IMG/VR virus record: IMGVR_UViG_3300038317_000064
Coordinates: 1 to 28,448 of that record
Source: a virus
Lineage: Duplodnaviria; Caudoviricetes
DNA length: 28,448 bases
Strand: one strand, 5' to 3'
Part shown: piece by piece, positions 8,281-14,747 of the stretch
Numbering within the stretch: the first letter of the stretch is position 1
Layout: every line of letters begins with the position of its first letter
The notes under the pieces: model-generated
Seen by the model: the letters and a program-made list of their open reading frames with translations, nothing else
The model's database searches: none
Told to the model about the DNA's origin: nothing
Made by a program: the position numbers and the translations under genes

Positions 8281-8456
8281 ACCTTTTTTATTGAATCCCG
8301 TTCTTTTCTCCATGCGCTACAAACCATTTTTACGTTATGAATAACCGCAATGTCATCTTTCGCCCATCGTTCAATAGTTACCAAGAACTCTTCGAGCAAA
8401 TCTCTTTCCTCAGCTACCTGCTCTACTCCCCACTTTTTCGCCTTGTGTTGTATCAT
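8277..8456 (-). CDS. Hypothetical 59-aa protein (below ORF-track cutoff)
   Basis: MIQHKAKKWGVEQVAEERDLLEEFLVTIERWAKDDIAVIHNVKMVCSAWRKERDSIKKV*; TGA overlaps the next ATG. Confidence 0.6.
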   Translation of the reverse strand: MIQHKAKKWGVEQVAEERDLLEEFLVTIERWAKDDIAVIHNVKMVCSAWRKERDSIKKV

Positions 8457-8468
8457 AATAAATCATTT

Positions 8469-8660
8469 TTATTTTCCACGACCATCACCGTCGATATATA
8501 TCAAACTAACCTTTTCCCCGTCACCGTGAATAGTAAAGGTAGGGTATGAGCCGTCATCATTTCTTTTGTTTATCTTGTCAGTCGGCCATATCTGATAACC
8601 GTACTCCCAGCAAAGACTGTCAACTTTTTCTATAAACTCATCCATCTTTTTGCTAATCAT
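8469..8660 (-). CDS. Hypothetical protein
   Basis: 63 aa ORF overlapping the upstream stop. Confidence 0.6.
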   Translation of the reverse strand: MISKKMDEFIEKVDSLCWEYGYQIWPTDKINKRNDDGSYPTFTIHGDGEKVSLIYIDGDGRGK

Positions 8661-8841
8661 ATCTCTTAGTGTTAATATTATGCCTGATCAGCACAGGGTC
8701 TGTTTTTAACGCTACCTCCATAATGGCGATTGCTACATCTATAGCCTCCCCGATTGTTTTCGGGTCTTGAGGATGGGAATACCCTCCACGTCTCCAGTTG
8801 TTGTGCTTTTTCAGCACGCTTATTGCCTGTTTTACTGTCAT
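8653..8841 (-). CDS. Hypothetical phage protein
   Basis: 62 aa; AI.VL..HN.WRRG...P..IGEAID.AI is a pattern I recognise from small phage proteins (from memory). Confidence 0.7.
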   Translation of the reverse strand: MTVKQAISVLKKHNNWRRGGYSHPQDPKTIGEAIDVAIAIMEVALKTDPVLIRHNINTKRYD

Positions 8842-8851
8842 GACTGTTATA

Positions 8852-8883
8852 TTTTAAACATTCGTAAATGCCACGTTATGTGC
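8852..8883 (+). repeat. attC-like half site / junction repeat, copy 1
   Basis: TTTTAAACATTCGTAAATGCCAC-GTTATGTGC. Near-identical to 11582-11608 and similar to 12501-12526. Core GTTATGTG (8875-8882) is the exact complement of CACATAAC (9201-9208). Confidence 0.7.
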
Positions 8884-8887
8884 CATT

Positions 8888-9172
8888 TTAAAAAGACCCT
8901 GCACTATCTTCAAACCCTCTTTGGAAATAGTTTACAAGCATAAAAATATCTTTTTCCGACACATCTTTAAAGCAGGGGATTACAGGGTAGTCGTGACCAC
9001 TATGTCCAGAATTTACAGAAACATAGCTTTTAATCACCTGAATCCCACACAAAGTATCTTCATCCCATTCCCAATCATTAAACCTTTCCGCAATAATTAG
9101 TAAATAATCTGGGGTATAATTCATTTTTCTCAAACCTGAAGCAACCGCTTCAATAAATTCTCTTTTTGTCAT
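8888..9172 (-). CDS. Hypothetical protein carried in an attC-bounded cassette (start 9172 or 9205)
   Basis: ORF lies between the complementary cores at 8875 and 9201. Confidence 0.7.
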   Translation of the reverse strand: MTKREFIEAVASGLRKMNYTPDYLLIIAERFNDWEWDEDTLCGIQVIKSYVSVNSGHSGHDYPVIPCFKDVSEKDIFMLVNYFQRGFEDSAGSF

Positions 9173-9173
9173 T

Positions 9174-9269
9174 TTAGTTAAAATTTGTGAAGAAAAACGA
9201 CACATAACAGCACCTAACCAAAATTGGCGGTTCAGTGGTTATATGGGCGTTTCTGCTTCGATTATACAT
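9174..9269 (-). CDS. Putative 31-aa leader peptide encoded across the attC-like site
   Basis: MYNRSRNAHITTEPPILVRCCYVSFFFTNFN*; A-rich upstream context; TAA ends 1 nt before ATG 9172. Confidence 0.45.
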   Translation of the reverse strand: MYNRSRNAHITTEPPILVRCCYVSFFFTNFN

Positions 9270-9334
9270 TTTTTTTAAGTTTTAAAGTTTGTCCTTCGTA
9301 ATCGCCAACTTCGGTTAGCTGCAAAACGTTATCC
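9201..9334 (+). mobile_element. Complete attC-like recombination site (about 134 bp)
   Basis: CACATAAC-A-GCACCTAACCAAAATTGGCG...CGCCAACTTCGGTTAGCTGC-AAAAC-GTTATCC: imperfect inverted arms, AAC/GTT cores and a T-rich loop. Confidence 0.75.
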
Positions 9335-9520
9335 GTTCGGGTGAATTTTACAACCATTAGGATACCATTTGTCACTCCCAGTAAATCTTATGCACTTACA
9401 CTCGTCATCCGTCAACTCATCATCAACAAGATTCGATAACAGTTCTTTTGCTTCTGACGGCTCCATTTTTTTATTGTAAAGCAATTCTAAAATTTGGTCT
9501 ATGCTCATTTTATCGCTCAT
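9329..9520 (-). CDS. Hypothetical protein (probable start 9520)
   Basis: C-terminal CKC...C.IH; its TAA stop is the TTA of the attC GTTA core. Confidence 0.6.
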   Translation of the reverse strand: MSDKMSIDQILELLYNKKMEPSEAKELLSNLVDDELTDDECKCIRFTGSDKWYPNGCKIHPNG

Positions 9521-9794
9521 ATCCGTGATTTTTTGGGTTATCGTCATATAACCCGATTTGTTCATCGCCCCGCATCGTGTTGATCAGTGCTTGCTTTTGT
9601 TTGTATTTATCTTTTTTTAGTTCGTTTTTAATAAAAAATCCACAATCCGCCTCGTTAAAATCAGCATAGCTGTATGTATCCCAAGGCAGGCAATCCAGAT
9701 ACCTCTTACATTTCAGTTTCTTCTCGCACCGCTCATTTGCGCAGCGGGATATGTCGTTGGGGAGAAAACTACTTGTTTCTATAGATTGCGCCAT
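9510..9794 (-). CDS. Hypothetical Cys-motif protein
   Basis: DISRC....C.....C.RY motif plus a C-terminal KQALI..M..DE.IGLY segment. Confidence 0.65.
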   Translation of the reverse strand: MAQSIETSSFLPNDISRCANERCEKKLKCKRYLDCLPWDTYSYADFNEADCGFFIKNELKKDKYKQKQALINTMRGDEQIGLYDDNPKNHGYER

Positions 9795-9796
9795 AG

Positions 9797-10978
9797 TCAG
9801 TTTGCTTTAAAATTATAAATAGGTGTTATTATTTCAACAATTTCAACTGTATCGAAAATAGCGCCAATAATTTCATCCATAGATTTATATGCTTGCGGAG
9901 CCTCATCAATAGTAGATTCATTTACCGAAGTTGAGAATACATTGCCCATCGATTCAGAATATTCATCCATTGATATCATTTCTTTTGCCTTTGAACGGCT
10001 CATTAACCGGCCGGCACCGTGCGGAGCGGAATAGTTCCAGTCCTCATTCCCTTTTCCCCTACAAATCAATGATCCATCACGCATATTGATAGGGATAAGC
10101 AATATTTCCCCGGCTTCGGCGCTTACAGCACCCTTCCGAAGGATCATGTTCCGGATATCGATATAATTGTGAATAGTTTCGAACTGATCAGCAACATTCA
10201 ATCCCGTTTCTTTGAGTATGACTTCAGCCATCATTTTACGGTTCAGGGAGGCGAAATTTTGAACGATCTTCATATCGTTGATATAATCCTCAAAATCCTG
10301 CTTTTCGACGAAAGCAAGGTCTTTATTTGCTTTCGGCTTTTGAAGCTTCTTCAATTCTGTATCGATATCTTTTTCCCGGCCTTGCCGCTTCAGGTACTCA
10401 ATGAGTTTGCATTTGATAGTGCTCATCTCATTGACATTTTTCCATGCCAGATCCTGATAATACTTGCAGACATTTACGCCTAAATTCCTGCTCCCGGAGT
10501 GGATGACAAGGTATAAATTCCCGTTATCATCCCGGTCAACTTCTATGAAGTGGTTCCCGCCCCCAAGTGTACCAATCGACAACATTGCACGCTCCAGATC
10601 CGCATGTTTCGCACATCGCAATTCGGAGAAATCAAATTTCGCAATAGATCTATCCCTGATAGAAAATCCGGAAGGGACATGACCCCTGATAATCTGGTCG
10701 AGTTTATGCAAGTCGATATCTTTTTCTTTCAGTTTAGTTGTAAGCATCCCGCAACCGATATCAACTCCGACCAAATTTGGGGTAACCTTATCTGTTATTG
10801 TCATAGTAGTGCCAACCGTACAACCCTTACCCGCATGAGCATCCGGCATAATTCGTATTTTTGAATTCAAATACGGCTCGAAATTTGCCAGCGATTTTAT
10901 TTGATCGTAAGCCTCATATTCAAATGTTTCTGCATAAATCTTTACCTCATTTCCAATGCTGTTCTTAATCTTTTTCAT
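9797..10978 (-). CDS. rtcB: RtcB-family RNA ligase
   Basis: MPDAHAG.G..VG, GVDIGCG, GTLGGGNHF.E, HSGSR, HN, RKGA, SAPHGAGR and DEAP.AYK motifs are all present. Confidence 0.97.
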   Translation of the reverse strand: MKKIKNSIGNEVKIYAETFEYEAYDQIKSLANFEPYLNSKIRIMPDAHAGKGCTVGTTMTITDKVTPNLVGVDIGCGMLTTKLKEKDIDLHKLDQIIRGHVPSGFSIRDRSIAKFDFSELRCAKHADLERAMLSIGTLGGGNHFIEVDRDDNGNLYLVIHSGSRNLGVNVCKYYQDLAWKNVNEMSTIKCKLIEYLKRQGREKDIDTELKKLQKPKANKDLAFVEKQDFEDYINDMKIVQNFASLNRKMMAEVILKETGLNVADQFETIHNYIDIRNMILRKGAVSAEAGEILLIPINMRDGSLICRGKGNEDWNYSAPHGAGRLMSRSKAKEMISMDEYSESMGNVFSTSVNESTIDEAPQAYKSMDEIIGAIFDTVEIVEIITPIYNFKAN

Positions 10979-10992
10979 AACTTCAAAATTGT

Positions 10993-11187
10993 TTACAAAT
11001 GATCTTCTTCGATTTCACTCCATTTCTCCCCATCAGTCGTGTAAACGCCTTTTGCAAGGTCATATACAACCATCCCGACCTCTGCGTTGAAATGATTTTC
11101 TGCGTCAAATCGGTCAGAAAGAAATGGCGGTTGGATGTTTGTTGTTATTAAGTATCTCATAGCTTCAATAGTTTTTCGTATTTCCAT
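10993..11187 (-). CDS. Hypothetical protein
   Basis: 64 aa ORF tiling with neighbours. Confidence 0.65.
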   Translation of the reverse strand: MEIRKTIEAMRYLITTNIQPPFLSDRFDAENHFNAEVGMVVYDLAKGVYTTDGEKWSEIEEDHL

Positions 11188-11202
11188 ATTTTATAAACTG
11201 TT

Positions 11203-11418
11203 TCATTCCAAACACTCTTTTACACGTTTTTCAAAATCACGCTGCGCTGCAGATGGGTACTCTAATGGCATCCAGTGTGTAATTTCATTCCAATCTGCAA
11301 ACCTTTCATCTTCATCTGACCAAACAGTTGAATAAATTTGTTTGCTTTCAATATCTCGGTAAACTAAAACAAGTTGTCCGATTTCAGGTTTTTGTTTGTT
11401 GTATTCAATCCAATCCAT
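11203..11418 (-). CDS. DUF551-like phage protein
   Basis: WI....KPE.GQ.VLV...ITHWMPL. Confidence 0.8.
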   Translation of the reverse strand: MDWIEYNKQKPEIGQLVLVYRDIESKQIYSTVWSDEDERFADWNEITHWMPLEYPSAAQRDFEKRVKECLE

Positions 11419-11426
11419 CGTTCAAA

Positions 11427-11573
11427 TCATTCCTCCAATATTTTCACGCCAGCCTCAACCATTAACCGCAAGTACTCACGAAAAGAATATATGTCGTCAT
11501 ACCCTTTTTTCAGGTAGTGCTCCATCAGTTCGGCTTCGGTGGCTTCAATTATTTTGTTACGTTTTATTTTCAT
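11427..11573 (-). CDS. Hypothetical 48-aa protein (below ORF-track cutoff)
   Basis: MKIKRNKIIEATEAELMEHYLKKGYDDIYSFREYLRLMVEAGVKILEE*. Confidence 0.6.
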   Translation of the reverse strand: MKIKRNKIIEATEAELMEHYLKKGYDDIYSFREYLRLMVEAGVKILEE

Positions 11574-11581
11574 ATCCTTTG

Positions 11582-11611
11582 TTTTAAACATTCGTAAATA
11601 CCGTGTTAACT
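11582..11611 (+). repeat. attC-like half site / junction repeat, copy 2
   Basis: TTTTAAACATTCGTAAATACCGT-GTTAACT; the TTA in the core is the stop of ORF 11606. Confidence 0.65.
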
Positions 11612-11899
11612 GGAGAACCCATCACAATTACCACCTTCGTCATAAACATACCTACTCTGCAATATAATCCTTTCTGCTTCTTCTCTATTATATTGCTCTT
11701 GAATATGCTCCATTTCAATGTCATACCACGTGTTCACTATCTCCAGCATGGCTTCTGCTCCGGCGAGAAAGTCATTATATGATCCAATTTGTTCTTCAGA
11801 CGCATAAGTATCAATATTGACATCTATAGGTATTAATGCATACTCTCTTGCTTTCTGCTCTATTTGTTCTTTTATCGCTTCTGTCGGTTCTATTTTCAT
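11606..11899 (-). CDS. Hypothetical protein (probable start 11899)
   Basis: IEQKAREYA...FLAGAE pattern typical of small phage proteins. Confidence 0.65.
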   Translation of the reverse strand: MKIEPTEAIKEQIEQKAREYALIPIDVNIDTYASEEQIGSYNDFLAGAEAMLEIVNTWYDIEMEHIQEQYNREEAERIILQSRYVYDEGGNCDGFSS

Positions 11900-11900
11900 A

Positions 11901-12269
11901 TCAATACTTTTTGCCGTGCATCCTTTCACGGGTTGCGTTATACTTCATTTTCAACTCGATGTGCTTTTCGATATCGATACCTTTTGCTCCGCATAGGTCG
12001 AGGATTCGGATAATTGTGTCGGCAAGTTCATCCTCGAACGTGTCTTTAATCGAATTTTCAAAAGACCATTTAAAATCAATGAAATTTTCTTTGTCTTTTT
12101 CAATTAATTCCAAGTCGGCATACAACACATTCCTATCAGCTTCCATCGCCTCCGCCAATTCTGATACGCAAAGCATCAATAGTGTTCCGGTCTCTCTTTT
12201 GTTATCCCAAAATCCTTTGTTGATTGCATATTCGTGAATTTCATCACGTAGTTTGTTTAATGTTTTCAT
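11901..12269 (-). CDS. MazG-like NTP pyrophosphohydrolase
   Basis: L...SELAEAMEA.R...EDELAD..IRILD and KM.YN..R...HGKKY. Confidence 0.85.
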   Translation of the reverse strand: MKTLNKLRDEIHEYAINKGFWDNKRETGTLLMLCVSELAEAMEADRNVLYADLELIEKDKENFIDFKWSFENSIKDTFEDELADTIIRILDLCGAKGIDIEKHIELKMKYNATRERMHGKKY

Positions 12270-12278
12270 ACCCTTTGT

Positions 12279-12476
12279 TTAAATAAAATGAAAATGTTCT
12301 GCTTTTTCAATATAACCTATACCACCGTTTGACAATTTCACTGTGTGCCTAACCCCGTAGGGTGTATTTTTTGCATTCCAGCCGGTTGCAATTATTTCAC
12401 CCGTCAACCCCTGATAATTGCCGGAATGAAATTCAACCATGTCTCCAATTTCGATTCGTGATTTGTTTGTTTTCAT
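12279..12476 (-). CDS. Small KOW/SH3-like protein
   Basis: IGDMVEF.SG.Y.G..GEI is KOW-like. Confidence 0.55.
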   Translation of the reverse strand: MKTNKSRIEIGDMVEFHSGNYQGLTGEIIATGWNAKNTPYGVRHTVKLSNGGIGYIEKAEHFHFI

Positions 12477-12500
12477 TTCCTTAGTTTAATTATTATCCAT

Positions 12501-12532
12501 TTCAAGTATTCGCAAACGCCACGTTATAGGTA
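12501..12532 (+). repeat. attC-like half site / junction repeat, copy 3
   Basis: TTCAAGTATTCGCAAACGCCAC-GTTATAGGTA; core 12523-12532 is the exact complement of TACCTATAAC (12799-12808). Confidence 0.7.
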
Positions 12533-12871
12533 AGCATATCGACCGTAATTAGCCGACATTTTAAACTCCCTATCTGTTTGAATTGGGTTTAAGTCCATAT
12601 CAATTTCGTAGCAATGCAAAAAGAACGGAATATCGTTCACAAAATATGTTCGTTGTTTAATATCGGTTCTATCTTCACATCTACAATTTGATTTAATAAA
12701 GTTTTCAAGTTCAATTCTATTCTCAAACTCAAATCCTTTTCTTTTAAGTCCTTCAATCATATAATCTTCTAACTGCTTATTGAGTTGGGAAGAAAGCCTA
12801 CCTATAACACTCGCTGTAAGTAATGGCGGGTCTTGTGGCTCATAATCAAGTTTTCGGCGCTCTATTTTCAT
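12524..12871 (-). CDS. Hypothetical cassette protein whose N-terminus is encoded by an attC arm
   Basis: Stop lies in the GTTA core at 12523; residues DPPLLTASVIGR read through the attC arm at 12799-12830. Confidence 0.7.
   Translation of the reverse strand: MKIERRKLDYEPQDPPLLTASVIGRLSSQLNKQLEDYMIEGLKRKGFEFENRIELENFIKSNCRCEDRTDIKQRTYFVNDIPFFLHCYEIDMDLNPIQTDREFKMSANYGRYAYL
12799..12870 (+). mobile_element. Truncated attC-like site (left arm and loop only)
   Basis: TACCTATAAC-ACTCGCTGTAAGTAATGGCGGG resembles the left arms at 9201 and 13590. No right arm was found. Confidence 0.6.
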
Positions 12872-13104
12872 TTCTTCAGTTTCAAAATTGATTGTTTGTC
12901 AATTTCACCCGTTAAATAATCATTTTTATACTCACAAGCTGCATTTTCTGCCGCATCCTCCAATGCCTGATTATAAGCTTCTTTTTGAGCTTGTTCAATA
13001 TAATTTTTTATACCATTTTTAAACTGAATAAAACTAATTTCATCCCAATCAAACTTACTCCACAATTTCACTACATCATCTGAATATTCTTCTGCTGTTT
13101 TCAT
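12868..13104 (-). CDS. Hypothetical protein (MKTAEE paralog A)
   Basis: 78 aa; shares MKTAEE and IEQAQKExY with the neighbouring gene. Confidence 0.7.
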   Translation of the reverse strand: MKTAEEYSDDVVKLWSKFDWDEISFIQFKNGIKNYIEQAQKEAYNQALEDAAENAACEYKNDYLTGEIDKQSILKLKK

Positions 13105-13120
13105 ATTTTTAGTTTCAGAA

Positions 13121-13381
13121 TTAAAAGGACTTGTGTTCTTCTATCCATTCTTGCGGAGTAACATATTTGTTTGATAGGCAATACTCCATGTAGTACTGCA
13201 TATTTAAAAACATCTCCCTCTTTGCCTCATCGTAAACTTCTTTTTGGGCCTGTTCAATTGCATTAACACAAGCCTCCCACTCTGGAACTTGTTTCATTTC
13301 ATCTATAGTTACATAACTATCCTTTGTCCTTGATAACATAGAAGTTAAATGACTTTCTAATATTTCTTCTGCTGTTTTCAT
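13121..13381 (-). CDS. Hypothetical protein (MKTAEE paralog B)
   Basis: 86 aa; shares MKTAEE and IEQAQKExY with the neighbouring gene. Confidence 0.7.
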   Translation of the reverse strand: MKTAEEILESHLTSMLSRTKDSYVTIDEMKQVPEWEACVNAIEQAQKEVYDEAKREMFLNMQYYMEYCLSNKYVTPQEWIEEHKSF

Positions 13382-13413
13382 TTCTTTGTTTTAATTATTG
13401 CGTATATATTTTG

Positions 13414-13641
13414 TTAGTAGCCATTTTGAAGAACAGCCACAGCCTTACGCAAATCTTCTATCATTGGCTTTAGTGTTTCAATTTCATTATCTGTGTATTG
13501 ATTTGGATTGTGAGCCATCATCAGATTTGCTTCCTTTAATTGTAATTCAAGCGTCAGTAGCCTTGATGTTAGCATTAAAAAAGAAAAACGGCCACCAATA
13601 TCAGGTAGCTGCAATGGCTTGCTGTGTGCTTCATTTAACAT
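13414..13641 (-). CDS. Hypothetical cassette protein starting inside an attC-like loop
   Basis: Stop lies in the GTTA core at 13413; ATG is inside the site 13590-13727; KPLQLPDIGGR is encoded by the attC arm. Confidence 0.65.
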   Translation of the reverse strand: MLNEAHSKPLQLPDIGGRFSFLMLTSRLLTLELQLKEANLMMAHNPNQYTDNEIETLKPMIEDLRKAVAVLQNGY

Positions 13642-13727
13642 GTTATTGGTATTTAAAAAAATTTATAATTCTATTTAAGTTTATCGGTTATGGTCGCCGC
13701 TCGCAGCTACCTGTATCCGTTATAGGT
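13590..13727 (+). mobile_element. Complete attC-like site with a degenerate left core
   Basis: GGCCACCAAT-AT-CAGGTAGCTGC...GCAGCTACCTG-TATCC-GTTATAGGT: an 11-bp perfect inverted repeat. The left core matches the complement of GTTAGTAGCC (13413) at 7/10, and all mismatches are transitions. Confidence 0.7.
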
Positions 13728-13729
13728 AA

Positions 13730-13954
13730 TTAAATTACTACCTTCAGCTCCTTTACCCAGCTTTTGCCTTCGAGATACATCCCCAAATTGAAAAAACGAT
13801 TTTGCTTTTTATCAATGATAATTTCCGTTCCATCATTTGGGGTTACTTTTACAATTTGAGCCTTTACGGGTTCGTTTTTTAATGTGTCACCAGTCACAAT
13901 AAGCGTATCTCCTTGCTTAATGTCGGTAATCGTTTTTACTTCCTTCAATTCCAT
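13730..13954 (-). CDS. Hypothetical protein
   Basis: 74 aa ORF ending just past the attC core. Confidence 0.65.
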   Translation of the reverse strand: MELKEVKTITDIKQGDTLIVTGDTLKNEPVKAQIVKVTPNDGTEIIIDKKQNRFFNLGMYLEGKSWVKELKVVI

Positions 13955-13997
13955 AATTCGTTTTTCATAATAATTTACTGTGTTTATTTGTCATCCG

Positions 13998-14279
13998 TTA
14001 TTCTATCGGTCTCCAGCCGATAACATTGTCAACAGGGGTGTCCCAATAAACAAAATCTCCTTTTTCAACCCAATATGTTACGAGCAGGATTTCATCTTTA
14101 TCCGTTTTTACAAGAACCTGTTCATCTTTCGGTAATTCCTCTTTCGGGTCTCTCCATCGCATGGCCTCTGAGTAGCCATCTATAAAACCTTGAAATGATG
14201 CCGTTTTTGGGTGCATATCAAAACCAAAATCAGCTTCTGTTTTTGCTGCATACATGCCTGCTTTTTCTTCTACTGTCAT
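13998..14279 (-). CDS. DUF551-like protein (probable start 14279)
   Basis: RWRDPKEELP....VLVK...VIGWRPIE. Confidence 0.7.
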   Translation of the reverse strand: MTVEEKAGMYAAKTEADFGFDMHPKTASFQGFIDGYSEAMRWRDPKEELPKDEQVLVKTDKDEILLVTYWVEKGDFVYWDTPVDNVIGWRPIE

Positions 14280-14310
14280 AATCCACCCTCCTGTCTTAAT
14301 TTTTCTTCTT

Positions 14311-14445
14311 TCATTTTTTCTTCGGTTTAAACTTTGCAATCAATTCGTTCTTGCTCCAAATCTCCTTATCTTTCGTTATCCTGATGTCGTATTCGACGCT
14401 TTGGATGAACCGCCAATACTCAAGTCTCTCCGTGAATATCCTCAT
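14311..14445 (-). CDS. Hypothetical 44-aa protein (below ORF-track cutoff)
   Basis: MRIFTERLEYWRFIQSVEYDIRITKDKEIWSKNELIAKFKPKKK*; ATGA overlaps at both ends. Confidence 0.55.
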   Translation of the reverse strand: MRIFTERLEYWRFIQSVEYDIRITKDKEIWSKNELIAKFKPKKK

Positions 14446-14747
14446 ATCGCTATTCCGTTAATCGTTGTCACCACCTTGTATTCATCGTCTTTTATCATAT
14501 TGTAATAATCGACTGCCAGCTTATCGCCGTATGAGAGCTTGTCTCTCATCTGGTTTATTCCGTTACATATCGAACTGTGGCTTTTATAGCCGAAGTAGTC
14601 CGTTATCTTTTTCAGCCCCCATCCTTTTTCCCTCAAATAATAGTACACGGCAAATCTCGCATACGTGTACTCCTGTTTCCTTGTTTTTCTTGTCAAGTCA
14701 ATTCCTAAAATCTCCGAATATTTATTTACACTAAAATGGCGTTTCAT
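14442..14747 (-). CDS. DnaA C-terminal (domain IV)-like HTH protein (probable start 14747)
   Basis: RKTRKQEYTYAR....YYLR..G.....I...FG.K.HSSI..G resembles the DnaA_C pattern. Confidence 0.7.
   Translation of the reverse strand: MKRHFSVNKYSEILGIDLTRKTRKQEYTYARFAVYYYLREKGWGLKKITDYFGYKSHSSICNGINQMRDKLSYGDKLAVDYYNMIKDDEYKVVTTINGIAI

Noticed and set aside
8334-8345. GTTATGAATAAC as another attC core
   Set aside because: It lies inside the 8277-8456 coding sequence and has no flanking arms.
8852-12532. Junction repeats as a CRISPR array
   Set aside because: Spacing is about 0.9-2.7 kb with whole genes between the copies, and there are no cas genes.
13992-14003. CATCCGTTATT resembling the end of the 13590 attC-like site, with a stop in GTTA
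   Set aside because: Only about 8 bp match, and I found no inverted arm or convincing complementary core; could be chance.
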